From: Patescibacteria group bacterium
GTDB taxonomy: Bacteria > Patescibacteriota > Saccharimonadia > Saccharimonadales > CAIOMD01
Assembly: GCA_035510605.1 (NCBI GenBank)
Contig: DATKGW010000012.1
Location: forward strand, 47,895 to 111,894
Reading direction: 5' to 3'
DNA: 64,000 nt
The notes under the pieces were generated by a model. The model did no database searches. It was given only the letters and a program-made list of their open reading frames with translations, and was not told where the DNA came from. Below, piece by piece: positions 19,751 through 30,214 of the stretch (position 1 is the stretch's first letter; each line of letters starts with the position of its first letter). Position numbers and translations under genes: made by a program.

Positions 19751-21210
19751 TGGTTAACTCCGAGTTGTTTTTTAATAAGATTTTCTACAATTTTAGGGTT
19801 AGCCCGGCCACCGCTATTTTTCATAACCTGACCGACTAGAAAACCTATGGCTTTAGTCTGACCTTGGCGGACATCATCAGCCGCTTTTTGGTTTTCGCCT
19901 AAAACCTGCTCGATAATTAAAGCCAATTCGCCTTCGTCCGAAACCTGTAGAAAACCCAACTCCACAGCTACTTTTCTGGGGTCCGTATTTTTATTAACCA
20001 CTATACTAAGCACCGCTTTGGCAGCGCTGGAACTTAAATCACCGCCGTCAACCATAGCTGCTAGTTCAATTAAGTAGTCGAGCGATTGTTTAACTTGGGG
20101 CCAAGTTATAGCCCCGGTAACACTCAAGCGCTGTAACTCACCCAAACACCAATTAGCAATCGTTCGGGTGGTTTTCAGGTCGTGGGCTTCTGTAAGATAA
20201 CGGATTATCTCAGCTAAAATCGGTTCTTCCAATATTGTGTCAATCTGGGCTGAATCCAACCCTATTGAGCCAAACCTTTCCCGCAGCGCCATCGGCAATA
20301 ATGGCATCTCTTCGGCGGCTTTCGCGATCATAGCCTTGGTGATGTTAATCGGTGGAATGTCCGGATCGGGGAAATAGCGGTAGTCGTGGGCTTCTTCTTT
20401 ACTACGCTGGCTGGTAGTTTTTTGTTTGGCCGCATCCCAGCCACGCGTTTCCTGCTTAATGTTTTTACCTTTTTCGAGCATCGCAATCTGGCGTTTTATC
20501 TCAAAATCCACCGCCTTTTCGACACTTCTAAAACTGTTTAAGTTTTTAGTCTCAGAGCGGGTACCTAACTTTTTGAGATCAGAGCTAACACTGACATTAA
20601 CATCAAAACGCATATTGCCATGGTATAAATCGACATCCGACACAGCGGCATATTTCATGATCAAGTACAGTTCATGGGCAAAAGCCCGGGCTTCGGCAGC
20701 GCTGTGGATATCCGGCTCAGACACGATTTCTAAAAGCGGCGTGCCCGTCCGGTTAAAATCCACCAACGAATAATCGCCACCAGCCGGATGGGTAGTTTTG
20801 CCGGCATCTTCTTCGAGATGGGCTCTGGTAATCCGTACCTTCGTGACAGAACCATCATCCATAAGTATTTCTACTACGCCCTTACCAACAATCGGGCGGT
20901 CATACTGGGAAATTTGATAACCTTTAGGCAGATCAGGGTAAAAATAATGTTTGCGATCAAAATGGCTGATTTCAGCAATCTCAGCCCTAAGCGCCAAGCC
21001 TGCCCGGATTGTTAGATTTACAGCCTCGGCATTAAGCACCGGTAACGTACCTGGCATACCAACACAAAGCGGACTGATTAAACTGTTCGGTTTGGCTGAT
21101 CGAGCATCATTATCAACGGCAGCAAACAACTTGGTTCGCGTATTCAGCTGCACATGGCATTCGATACCAACAGTTGGATAATATTTTCCGGCAATCAGAT
21201 ATTTATCCAC
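19747..21210 (-). CDS. gatB: Asp/Glu-tRNA amidotransferase subunit B
   Basis: GatB N-terminus (YPTVGIECHVQL), GatB/YqeY C-terminal domain. Confidence 0.9.
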   Translation of the reverse strand: MDKYLIAGKYYPTVGIECHVQLNTRTKLFAAVDNDARSAKPNSLISPLCVGMPGTLPVLNAEAVNLTIRAGLALRAEIAEISHFDRKHYFYPDLPKGYQISQYDRPIVGKGVVEILMDDGSVTKVRITRAHLEEDAGKTTHPAGGDYSLVDFNRTGTPLLEIVSEPDIHSAAEARAFAHELYLIMKYAAVSDVDLYHGNMRFDVNVSVSSDLKKLGTRSETKNLNSFRSVEKAVDFEIKRQIAMLEKGKNIKQETRGWDAAKQKTTSQRSKEEAHDYRYFPDPDIPPINITKAMIAKAAEEMPLLPMALRERFGSIGLDSAQIDTILEEPILAEIIRYLTEAHDLKTTRTIANWCLGELQRLSVTGAITWPQVKQSLDYLIELAAMVDGGDLSSSAAKAVLSIVVNKNTDPRKVAVELGFLQVSDEGELALIIEQVLGENQKAADDVRQGQTKAIGFLVGQVMKNSGGRANPKIVENLIKKQLGVNQ

Positions 21211-21211
21211 T

Positions 21212-21619
21212 TTAAAATACTCCTAAATCCTTAAAAGCCTTACGATAGTGCTCTAAAGCCAGTTTGACCTCTTTCTCCGAAGGCTCAAACAGTGATTCGT
21301 GAACTAATTTATTGCGTAATTTATGAGCTGCCCATACCCTATCCCTATCCTTAAGATGATTTTTGGCTGACACCAGCCGTTCGGCCATCGTTTCGCCATG
21401 ATAGCCAGAACCCTTTAGAGCTTCATCCAATAACTTATCGGCTTTGATTAAGCACATTGGACGGGTTTTATAATCTTTTTGAAGAGCAATTATATCAGCC
21501 CATTCATTCTTAAAATATTGCTTATCGATACATTTTGGTTTAGCGCGGCCAATTAGGCTGATAAGTACTAATAGAACTACAGCGGCAACAATTATTAATA
21601 TGACGGCTGTCGTGCTCAT
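21212..21619 (-). CDS. small single-pass membrane protein inserted between gatA and gatB
   Basis: N-terminal TM helix (AVILIIVAAVVLLVLISLI), soluble helical remainder. ATGA overlap with the gatA stop and 1 nt before the gatB start. Confidence 0.4.
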   Translation of the reverse strand: MSTTAVILIIVAAVVLLVLISLIGRAKPKCIDKQYFKNEWADIIALQKDYKTRPMCLIKADKLLDEALKGSGYHGETMAERLVSAKNHLKDRDRVWAAHKLRNKLVHESLFEPSEKEVKLALEHYRKAFKDLGVF

Positions 21620-23037
21620 TTAGAAACCTCCTGAAAACACTTTGCTATTGCCATTAGTGGCCTATCGGCTCTTTGCGGGGCCATTAGCTGCAACCCAACC
21701 GGCATGCCGTTAACTTCGCCGGCCGGTACGCTTATTGCCGGAATACCTGTAAGATTAGCTGCAACAGTCATAATGTCTGCCAAATACATCTTTAACGGGT
21801 CACCCACGTTTTCACCCAACTTAAATGCTGTGGTTGGAGCCGTCGGACCTACTAAGAAATCAACATCTTTAAAGACACCATTAAATTCATTTATTAGTTT
21901 AGTGCGCACGGTTTGAGCTCTTTTGTAGTAGGCATCGTAGTAACCACTACTAAGCACATAAGTACCAATCATAATTCGGCGCTTGTTTTCGGCTTCAAAA
22001 CCTAGTTCACGAGCTTTTTCGTAACTCTCATCCAGATCTTTGGCATCTTTTATTGCCAATCCGTATCGTTGGCCGTCATAACGACTTAAGTTGCTGCTAA
22101 CCTCTGCCGGCACGATAATGTAGTAGCAAGCCAGAGCCAAATCTATCGATGGTAAACTGACCTCTTTTATTTCGGCGCCGGCTTTTTGCAATTTTTTGAT
22201 AGAAGTTTCTACGATTGCCCTAACATTTTTATCAAGTCCTTTGCTAAAATACTCTTTTACGATTCCGATTTTTTTGCCTTTAACGTCTTTGGTAAAGTCC
22301 GAATAATCGGCCTTATCACGCTCAATTGTTGTGCCGTCAAATTTATCACGCCCGCTCATAACTTCTAACACTAATGCGGCATCTTCTACCGTTTTTGCCA
22401 ATGGCCCGATTACGTCGGTAGAACTGGCCATAGCTACAACGCCATAGCGCGAAACAAGGCCATAGGTCGGTTTATACCCAACAACACCGCAGTAGCTGGC
22501 CGGCAAACGGATAGAACCGCCAGTATCGGTACCAAGCGCAAAAGGTGCTAATTCCAACGCTACAGAGGCGCCTGACCCACCGGATGAGCCGCCTGGCACT
22601 CGTGTTTTATCATGCGGGTTCAGCGTTGGGCCAAAGGCACTGTTTTCGGTACTGCTACCATGGGCAAAAGCATCCAAGTTAGCCTTGGCGACAACAATCG
22701 CACCCTCGGCTTCCAGTTTCTCTATAGCCGTTGATTGATAGGGAGCATCAAACGGCTCCAAAATATGGCTGGCAGCCGTAGTCTTGCCGCCAAACGTTAA
22801 AAAGTTATCTTTAGCAATAAAGGGAATACCGGCCAAACGGCCGACTTTTTGGCCCCTCTTTACCTTTTCATCAATTTCTTTGGCACGCTTGCGAGCCCGC
22901 TCCGCCGTAACAGATAAAATCGCATGAAATACTGATTTTTCATCTATTAATTTAAGCGATTTCTCAACTAACTCTTGCGCAGTCAGCTGCCCGGCTTGGA
23001 CTTTTTCGGCTAGTCCGGCAATTGGTTCCCAGCTCAT
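21616..23037 (-). CDS. gatA: Asp/Glu-tRNA amidotransferase subunit A
   Basis: Amidase signature GGSSGGSGASVA, Ser-cisSer-Lys triad region. Confidence 0.9.
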   Translation of the reverse strand: MSWEPIAGLAEKVQAGQLTAQELVEKSLKLIDEKSVFHAILSVTAERARKRAKEIDEKVKRGQKVGRLAGIPFIAKDNFLTFGGKTTAASHILEPFDAPYQSTAIEKLEAEGAIVVAKANLDAFAHGSSTENSAFGPTLNPHDKTRVPGGSSGGSGASVALELAPFALGTDTGGSIRLPASYCGVVGYKPTYGLVSRYGVVAMASSTDVIGPLAKTVEDAALVLEVMSGRDKFDGTTIERDKADYSDFTKDVKGKKIGIVKEYFSKGLDKNVRAIVETSIKKLQKAGAEIKEVSLPSIDLALACYYIIVPAEVSSNLSRYDGQRYGLAIKDAKDLDESYEKARELGFEAENKRRIMIGTYVLSSGYYDAYYKRAQTVRTKLINEFNGVFKDVDFLVGPTAPTTAFKLGENVGDPLKMYLADIMTVAANLTGIPAISVPAGEVNGMPVGLQLMAPQRADRPLMAIAKCFQEVSK

Positions 23038-23327
23038 TCGATAATCCTTTTTACTTTAAACTGATGAGCCTCAACGGCAGGCGCATTTTTAAGCAGGTCA
23101 TCCGGGCTGGCTCCATAATCTATTACTTCATCCGGTCTGACAACATTCATTAAACCGGTAACCTGACTGGTTGGCTCCAAACCTTTAATGTCTACTTTTT
23201 GTAGAATCTCGACATAATTCAAAATAGCGCTCAAATCGTTTTGATAGAGCTCAACCTCTTTATCTGTTAGTCTTAGCCGGCACAAGCGGGCGAGCTTGCG
23301 TACATCCGCGCTACTCAGTTTTGTCAT
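23034..23327 (-). CDS. gatC: Asp/Glu-tRNA amidotransferase subunit C
   Basis: GatC family pattern (LARLCRLRLTDKEVE...IL.YVE.L..VD) and position upstream of gatA. Confidence 0.8.
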   Translation of the reverse strand: MTKLSSADVRKLARLCRLRLTDKEVELYQNDLSAILNYVEILQKVDIKGLEPTSQVTGLMNVVRPDEVIDYGASPDDLLKNAPAVEAHQFKVKRIIE

Positions 23328-23380
23328 TGTTTTTAAGTATACCTCTTGAATTACAACTTCGACAAGCCAGCCTCAAAAAA

Positions 23381-25354
23381 CTATATTTTGGATTTGATGT
23401 CAGCAATCAGATCGCGAAGATCGGCGGCTTTTTCGAACTCCAGGTTGGCGGCGGCCAGTTCCATTTGGGCGCTTAAATCTTTAATAACCGTGGCGTATTC
23501 GTCTTTTGGTATCTTATCGAGGTTGAGCCGGGCGTTTTTAGCCTCTTTGCTCTCGGCACCGACTTCTGCCCGCAATGAATCACCTATCAACTTGGTTATA
23601 CCGGCAGGCGTGATTTTATGCTTGATATTGTAGGCTTCTTGAATTCCGCGGCGGCGATTTGTTTCATCAATTGCCCGCTTCATACTGCCGGTTTCATGAT
23701 CGGCATACATTATTACGCGGCCGTCAATATGTCGGGCTGCCCGGCCGATGGTTTGCACCAGTGCCGGCTCGCTGCGCAAAAAGCCTTCTTTATCGGCATC
23801 CAAAATAGCTACAAGACTAACCTCCGGCAAATCCAATCCTTCGCGCAACAGGTTAATTCCTACCAAAACGTCATATATGCCAAGCCGCAAATCTCTTAAA
23901 ATATCAGTTCTATCAAGCGTATCGACATCACTGTGCAGGTATTGAACTTTTATATTCAGTTCTTCTAGATATTCGGTTAGATCTTCGGCCATTCGTTTGG
24001 TTAGGGTTGTGACCAACACACGCTGGTGTTTTTCGACTCTGTCGCGGATTTCGGCGATTAAATCATCAATCTGGCCGTCAATCGGCCTAACTTCCACTTT
24101 AGGGTCAAGCAACCCGGTCGGGCGGATAACCTGTTCAATCGGCTTTGGCGATCGGCTTAGCTCATATTCTGACGGCGTAGCCGACATATAAACAACCTGG
24201 TTCACATGTCTTTCGAACTCACTAAAATTAAGCGGCCGGTTATCCAGCGCGCTAGGCAAACGAAAGCCGTATTCTACCAAAACTTCTTTGCGGGCTCGGT
24301 CACCGTTGTACATACCACGGACTTGCGGAATTGTCATATGGCTCTCATCTATCATCATCAAGTAATCATCCGGAAAATAATCCAGTAGTGTGGCCGGTTG
24401 CTCGCCGGCTTCGCGGTTGGTTAAATAGCGGCTGTAATTTTCTATTCCTTTAACAAAGCCGGTTTCGGCCATCATTTCCAAGTCAAATTTCGTCCTCTGA
24501 GCTAATCTTTCGGCCTCTAGCAGCAAACCTTTGGATTTAAAAAACTTCAGCCGTTGTTCTAATTCTTGCTCAATTTTACCCAAGGCCTGTTGCAGCTTTT
24601 CGTTTGGAGTAACAAAGTGGCTGCCAGGGAAAATCGTAACCTGGTTTAATTTGGCTTCGATTTCACCGGTTAAGGGGTTAATGCGGGTGATCCGTTCTAC
24701 CTCGTCACCATCAAATTCAATTCGATAAGCAGTCTCCTCGCCAGCCGGGCAAACATCAACTACATCGCCTTTAACCCTAAAGTTGCCTCGGCTAAAAGCC
24801 ATATCATTGCGATGATACTGGATATCTGTTAATCGGCGGATAAATTTATCCCTTAAACTTCTGGTACCGGCTTTTACTGTCACTGCCATCGAACCATAAT
24901 CTTCTACCGAACCAATGCCGTAAATGCAACTAACACTGGCGACAATCAAAACATCTTTGCGGGTTAATAAAGAATCGGTGGCGGCGTGGCGAAGACGGTC
25001 AATTTCTTCGTTTATGGCACTGTCTTTTTCTATATATGTGTCACTGCGGGCAATATAAGCTTCCGGCTGATAGTAATCAAAATAACTGACAAAATAGTGG
25101 ACGGCGTTATCAGGGAAATAATTCTTAAATTCATTGTAAAGCTGGGCTGCCAGCGTTTTGTTATGAGCTAGTACCAGAGTCGGCTTTTGGATTTCGTTAA
25201 CCACATTGGCCATGGTAAAAGTCTTGCCGCTACCGGTAACACCTAATAAGACTTGGTTTTTTTCTCCAGCATTTAACCCGGCGACCAAGGCATCAATAGC
25301 GTCTGGCTGGTCACCAGTCGGCTTGTACTCTGTATGTAACTTAAATTTTGTCAC
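23381..25354 (-). CDS. uvrB: excinuclease ABC subunit B
   Basis: Walker A GVTGSGKT, helicase motifs, beta-hairpin region, C-terminal UVR domain. Confidence 0.9.
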   Translation of the reverse strand: MTKFKLHTEYKPTGDQPDAIDALVAGLNAGEKNQVLLGVTGSGKTFTMANVVNEIQKPTLVLAHNKTLAAQLYNEFKNYFPDNAVHYFVSYFDYYQPEAYIARSDTYIEKDSAINEEIDRLRHAATDSLLTRKDVLIVASVSCIYGIGSVEDYGSMAVTVKAGTRSLRDKFIRRLTDIQYHRNDMAFSRGNFRVKGDVVDVCPAGEETAYRIEFDGDEVERITRINPLTGEIEAKLNQVTIFPGSHFVTPNEKLQQALGKIEQELEQRLKFFKSKGLLLEAERLAQRTKFDLEMMAETGFVKGIENYSRYLTNREAGEQPATLLDYFPDDYLMMIDESHMTIPQVRGMYNGDRARKEVLVEYGFRLPSALDNRPLNFSEFERHVNQVVYMSATPSEYELSRSPKPIEQVIRPTGLLDPKVEVRPIDGQIDDLIAEIRDRVEKHQRVLVTTLTKRMAEDLTEYLEELNIKVQYLHSDVDTLDRTDILRDLRLGIYDVLVGINLLREGLDLPEVSLVAILDADKEGFLRSEPALVQTIGRAARHIDGRVIMYADHETGSMKRAIDETNRRRGIQEAYNIKHKITPAGITKLIGDSLRAEVGAESKEAKNARLNLDKIPKDEYATVIKDLSAQMELAAANLEFEKAADLRDLIADIKSKI

Positions 25355-25412
25355 TTTAATAGTATAGAGTAAGTTTCATCTCTTGGGACGTAAAAATTTT
25401 ACAAATACAGAT

Positions 25413-26021
25413 TTAGCCGGCACGCATAGGCGGATCGGTAACGAACCATTGGTTAGCTAGAGCTGTAGTGTCAATACCTTTATTATGCTCATCCAGCATC
25501 TTAATAATCTCGGTTATTAAGCGCTCCGGATTATCATCAAAAACAATCATATGTTTGTGGTTTCGGCCCAGTTTATCTATCAGTTCCGGAATTTCATCGG
25601 CCGCACCGCCGCTACCAGTTAGTACACCGCAGGGCATATTGGATTCCAGGGCAGTAGAAAATTCATGCAAACTGCCGAACCGGCCGCCAACCGTCACCAA
25701 CGCATCACTGGATTGGACTAAATAAACATCTCGGCCGACATAATTTAGCCCCGTAAAATTAATATAGTCGTACATACCAATCGGTAAACGATATTTATGA
25801 ACATGCTCAAGTAAGCTAGAGGCTGGAGAAAACCCAATGCTCATACCTCCGGCAAGGTGAGCCGCACGGGCAGCAAAAAAGGGCAAACCAACCGTGGCAC
25901 CGGTCGTTAAAATATTCTTTGATTTGGCAACGGCCACGCCTAATCGCTCAGCCAGTTCGTGGTCTCTTTTAACCGTTTCACCACCTGCAGCCCCGGAAAC
26001 ACATATCGAATATTTCATCAA
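25413..26021 (-). CDS. LOG/SLOG-superfamily Rossmann-fold protein (TIGR00725-like)
   Basis: GGxGxxxE-type motif (GGRFGSLHEF), typical LOG-like Rossmann layout, ~200 aa. Start overlaps the upstream gene stop (ATGA). Confidence 0.55.
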   Translation of the reverse strand: MMKYSICVSGAAGGETVKRDHELAERLGVAVAKSKNILTTGATVGLPFFAARAAHLAGGMSIGFSPASSLLEHVHKYRLPIGMYDYINFTGLNYVGRDVYLVQSSDALVTVGGRFGSLHEFSTALESNMPCGVLTGSGGAADEIPELIDKLGRNHKHMIVFDDNPERLITEIIKMLDEHNKGIDTTALANQWFVTDPPMRAG

Positions 26022-27277
26022 AATCCCCGAGAATGTATATTTGTTTGAATGGTTTCGGGTGCGATCATATCATTATCAAGCTGCTTCAATACTTGCTGCT
26101 CCAAAGTTTTTTCGCCCATGTAACGCTCAAAAAGTTCGTTCCAAAGGCTTTCGCGAAAATGAAAGTAAACCCTATCTTTAAACTCCAGGTTATTACAATA
26201 ATTGGTCGCTATATCCATTAAATTAAGGCTGACCGGCTTACCCTCGCTCATCACACCGACATAATCCAAATCGCGCCACCAGTTAAGGCTATTGTCTATC
26301 TTAAAAAGCATGTTTTCGGCCTTACGCCAATGCAGATCCTCCGGCTGGACATGCGGTTCAAACACTTCCGGGTGGTTTTCGCTCTTAAGTTTGCCAAAAT
26401 AACGGTTAATGATTCGCCAGTGGATTTTTTGCCCGGCCATAACGGCTGCTTCGGCTCGGTCGGCGTTAAGAGTATTTACCACCAGCTTGCCAAAATCCGG
26501 CCTGACTTGCTGCAACTTAAAGTAAGTGCTGTAAAGCCTGATTTCGTTTATGTAATGAAAAATAAGCAGCATATCAAAAATAGTGACCCCCGGAATCCTC
26601 TCTTGTGGGGTAGGTAAAATGATGATTGCACCAAGCTCCTTCAGGTGGGTCAGATTGTGCTTTTTCTTGGCAATAAAACCGGCAGTGGCATCACCCCAGC
26701 GGTTTTTTGGCATAATGACGATTTCTATGTCACGGCTTTCAAAATCTGATGGTTTTAGAGTTTTATAAGTATCGTTAAACTCTTTAAGCCACATCGGGTT
26801 TTCTACAAATCTCAGTGCCCCGTAAATTTCAAATATATTCTCGTTTTTTAGCATGCTGTCGATGCTTTTATAGTTTAGCCGTTTCATGATGTTTGGTGGT
26901 GGTAATTTGCGCAAAAATTCTTTGGCCACGCTCTTTTTTAGCACCCAACACTTGTGGTTAATTTTGGCTTTTTCGGCTACTTTTTTAATTAGCGGCATGA
27001 TAGTATCTACATCTTGGCTATCTGTTACGCCAATCATCTTACAAAAACTTTCATCATCTTTCTTTAACCGGCTAAGTAAAGCATGGTACAGCTCTTTGCC
27101 TGTTGTGTCGTTTACATCAAGTCCCAAATCTCGTGTTTTAAGCTGTATAAGGCCAATAATCTCAGCAGTCAAACGGACATCAATCCCCTGCTTGCCTGTT
27201 ACATCCTCCAGTTGTTTTACGCTTAAACTAAACAATGGTTCATTGGCGCCCAAAAGTTCAGATATAATTCGTGACAT
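26018..27277 (-). CDS. uncharacterised 419-aa protein embedded in the sugar-phosphate operon
   Basis: Long intact ORF with host-like composition. No P-loop, Rossmann or other motif I can recognise. Translationally coupled to the LOG-like gene. Confidence 0.5.
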   Translation of the reverse strand: MSRIISELLGANEPLFSLSVKQLEDVTGKQGIDVRLTAEIIGLIQLKTRDLGLDVNDTTGKELYHALLSRLKKDDESFCKMIGVTDSQDVDTIMPLIKKVAEKAKINHKCWVLKKSVAKEFLRKLPPPNIMKRLNYKSIDSMLKNENIFEIYGALRFVENPMWLKEFNDTYKTLKPSDFESRDIEIVIMPKNRWGDATAGFIAKKKHNLTHLKELGAIIILPTPQERIPGVTIFDMLLIFHYINEIRLYSTYFKLQQVRPDFGKLVVNTLNADRAEAAVMAGQKIHWRIINRYFGKLKSENHPEVFEPHVQPEDLHWRKAENMLFKIDNSLNWWRDLDYVGVMSEGKPVSLNLMDIATNYCNNLEFKDRVYFHFRESLWNELFERYMGEKTLEQQVLKQLDNDMIAPETIQTNIHSRGF

Positions 27278-27322
27278 ATTTGCTATTACTCTTTGCTTTT
27301 ATCTTAGCATAAGAACTATAAG

Positions 27323-28303
27323 TTATAACTCTTTTACATCTAAGGGCATGTTGTGGATAGCAGCGTCATGAGGTAAAATGCCGGCTTTGGCGCCAACTTT
27401 GGTAACAACACTGGTGGAATTGGCACTGGCAAAAGTAACGGCTCGCTCTAAACTCTCCCCGGCGGCGATTACGGCGGTAAAACCACTGCAAAAAGCATCA
27501 CCCGCCCCTGTCCGATCAGTCACCGGCACTTCTTCGTACATGCCGGCCGCAATAATATGCTGCCTGTCCACCGCTATAGCACCATGAGGACCATCGGTAA
27601 TAACAACATAATTAACCTCTTTATTAGCTAATCGGGCTAATTCCTCTAAAGATTGGCTCCGGTATAGCATGGCGGCTTCCTCTTTATTTAAAGATAAAAT
27701 TGTAACATCTGGCATTAGACTTTTTAGTTTTTCGGGTTGTTTTAGTTCATCTTTGCCGGGGTTCATGGCAATTTTTATGTTATGAGCCTTGGCATAGGCA
27801 AATATAACAGCTAAAGTTTCAAAATTACCAGCCATGGAGGTTAGATAAATCCAGTCGGTTTCTACATCGTTAAAATCTACTTCTTGAATATCAATATGGG
27901 AGCTCGCCCCGCGGAAAGTTAAAATGGTTCGCTCGCCGTTTGGTGCCAATAGCAGGCACGAATAGCCGGTATTTATATCTTTTAAATTAGTTACCAGACT
28001 GGTGTCTACACCGTCTAGATGCAAATCGTCCAAGATGGCTTTGCCGGCGATATCGTTACCGATTTTGCCCATAAACATGCTATGCAAACCGTGGCGGGCA
28101 AATGTCACCGCCCCATTGGTGGCACCCCCACCGGTGCTAAAAACAACTCCTTCGATATCGTTTTTGGAGCCAAGCTGGAATTCTTCTACCTCTTCGCTGT
28201 GTTCTTTTTTAGGAGTAAAAATCTTGCCCTGCAAAAACACATCTTGCACAGCAGCACCGATAGATAAAATCTTTATTTCTTCACGGTGCTTGGGTGTTCC
28301 CAT
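27323..28303 (-). CDS. PfkB-family sugar/sugar-phosphate kinase (possible phosphofructokinase B-type)
   Basis: Ribokinase-family motifs: GGGATN near the N-terminus, anion-hole GAGDAFCSGF near the C-terminus. Adjacent to fba. Confidence 0.8.
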   Translation of the reverse strand: MGTPKHREEIKILSIGAAVQDVFLQGKIFTPKKEHSEEVEEFQLGSKNDIEGVVFSTGGGATNGAVTFARHGLHSMFMGKIGNDIAGKAILDDLHLDGVDTSLVTNLKDINTGYSCLLLAPNGERTILTFRGASSHIDIQEVDFNDVETDWIYLTSMAGNFETLAVIFAYAKAHNIKIAMNPGKDELKQPEKLKSLMPDVTILSLNKEEAAMLYRSQSLEELARLANKEVNYVVITDGPHGAIAVDRQHIIAAGMYEEVPVTDRTGAGDAFCSGFTAVIAAGESLERAVTFASANSTSVVTKVGAKAGILPHDAAIHNMPLDVKEL

Positions 28304-28304
28304 T

Positions 28305-29216
28305 TTAAGGTCTTGCCTTGCCTACCGAATTATAATTTTGGAGCTTGGACTCGACGACTGCTTGAACGGCGCCGTAAACTTGCGGCATCAGTTTTACCAC
28401 GGCGTATTCATCGGGGTTGTCGCGCAGAACTTTTTCTAGAGTCTGCCTAAAAGCTTTGCGCATATCGCTGTTTACGTTAATTTTAGTCACACCAATCCGC
28501 ACCGCTTCTACAAAAAAGTGTCCCGGCGTATCGCTGCCACCGTGCAAACTGATGTTGCAATCCAGTGCTTTGCGTACTTGTTCTAATAAATTAAGATCCA
28601 ATATTTTTGGCACCGGATAATTGCCATGCAAATTACCCACCGCAGCCGCAAAAGTGTCGATTCCGGTAGCCTCTACAAAGTGTTTAGCCTCGCGTGGGTC
28701 AGTAAAGGTCTTTTTAATCTCTTCGTAATCGAATGCTTCTTTAAAAACGTTGCTGCCACCGCCAAAATAATGCGGCTCGCCCTCTACCAGCGCACTGGTA
28801 AATTTGGCGTATTCTACGACTTCTTTTGTAGCATTAATTATTTCGGCATCGGTGGCATCATGCTTGGCCTGGCTTAAATCTATGTGAATAAATTCAAAAC
28901 CGGCATCAATGCCGGCTTTAGACGCTTCGACACTCGGGCAGTGATCCAAATTAATGTACATTTCAATCCCGAACTCAGCCCGGTAGTTGTCTACCATATC
29001 GCGGATATTATCTAGGCCCATGGCTTCAACTTCGCCCTGACTTACCTCTACCATTACCGGAGCCTGCATTTTTTGAGCAGCCTTGGATACTGCAATTAAA
29101 GTTTCTTGGTTGTCGATATTAAAAGCGCCAATGGCATAGTGGCCGGATCTAGCCCGTTCGTAGCTTTCGCGGGCGGCCAAGCAATTTGCCCTGATTTGTT
29201 TTATAGATAATGCCAC
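28305..29216 (-). CDS. fba: class II fructose-bisphosphate aldolase
   Basis: Class II FBA/TBP-aldolase motifs (NLDH, GNLHG, LHGGSD). Confidence 0.85.
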   Translation of the reverse strand: MALSIKQIRANCLAARESYERARSGHYAIGAFNIDNQETLIAVSKAAQKMQAPVMVEVSQGEVEAMGLDNIRDMVDNYRAEFGIEMYINLDHCPSVEASKAGIDAGFEFIHIDLSQAKHDATDAEIINATKEVVEYAKFTSALVEGEPHYFGGGSNVFKEAFDYEEIKKTFTDPREAKHFVEATGIDTFAAAVGNLHGNYPVPKILDLNLLEQVRKALDCNISLHGGSDTPGHFFVEAVRIGVTKINVNSDMRKAFRQTLEKVLRDNPDEYAVVKLMPQVYGAVQAVVESKLQNYNSVGKARP

Positions 29217-29224
29217 TTTGCCCC

Positions 29225-30214
29225 TTATTGTTTACCGATTGATGTTAAAAGCTCGTGAGCCGTAACAATAATATTTTTAGCTGTCAGCCCAAAGTGCTCC
29301 AAAAGCTCATCCGGGTGGCCGCTTTCACCAAAACGGTCTTTTATTCCCATACGGCGCATCGGTGTCGGGCATTCTTCTGCCAAAACTTCTGCCACTGCTC
29401 CGCCGAGGCCCCCGGCTATCTGATGTTCTTCTATTGTAATAACGGCACCGGTTTTTTTAGCGCTTTCACAGATAGTTATAGCGTCTATTGGCTTTATAGT
29501 TGGCACATGTACAACCTCAGCATCTATGCCGTCTTTAAACAGTTTGTCGGCAGCCATTAATGCCGGGTGAGTCATGGTGCCGGTAGCAATAATTGTAATG
29601 TCACGCCCAGATTCTAAAACATAGGCTTTGCCGATTTCAAAAGGCGTATCTTTGGTGGTAAATACCGGCGAGGCAATCCGCGCCAAGCGCAAATAACAGG
29701 GGCGCTTTTCTTTGGCGATGGCCAGCGTTGCCTTTTCGGCCTCTACACTATCACCCGGCACAACAACTACCATGTTAGGTAAAACGCGCATTAATGCGAT
29801 ATCTTCCAGCGCTTGGTGAGTGGCGCCGTCTTCGCCGGTGTATAAACCGGCGTGGCCGCCAATAATTTTAACCGGCTGGTTGTTTAGGCAAACCGTGGTG
29901 CGGATTTGTTCCCAGTTGCGCCCGGGGTTAAAGGCGGCGTAGCTGCCGACAAACGGTATTTTTCCCATGGCGGCTAAACCCGATCCAACGGTTACCAGGT
30001 TTTGCTCGGCAATGCCGACTTCAAAAAACCTATCGGGGAAACTATCACGGAATAAGTGCATTTGCACGCTCTCTGTTAAATCGGCACACAGGGCAACAAC
30101 CCTATCATCCAACTCACCAGCTTTTTTTAAGCCTTCGCCAAAGCCTTTGCGGATTGGCACCATCTCTACATCTTTAGACAGATATTTGGCTAGGTATAGT
30201 TCTGGCTTACTCAT
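29225..30214 (-). CDS. transketolase C-terminal subunit (pyrimidine-binding + C-terminal domains)
   Basis: Split transketolase. This ORF carries the Pyr and C-terminal domains. 8-nt overlap with the N-terminal subunit gene. Confidence 0.85.
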   Translation of the reverse strand: MSKPELYLAKYLSKDVEMVPIRKGFGEGLKKAGELDDRVVALCADLTESVQMHLFRDSFPDRFFEVGIAEQNLVTVGSGLAAMGKIPFVGSYAAFNPGRNWEQIRTTVCLNNQPVKIIGGHAGLYTGEDGATHQALEDIALMRVLPNMVVVVPGDSVEAEKATLAIAKEKRPCYLRLARIASPVFTTKDTPFEIGKAYVLESGRDITIIATGTMTHPALMAADKLFKDGIDAEVVHVPTIKPIDAITICESAKKTGAVITIEEHQIAGGLGGAVAEVLAEECPTPMRRMGIKDRFGESGHPDELLEHFGLTAKNIIVTAHELLTSIGKQ

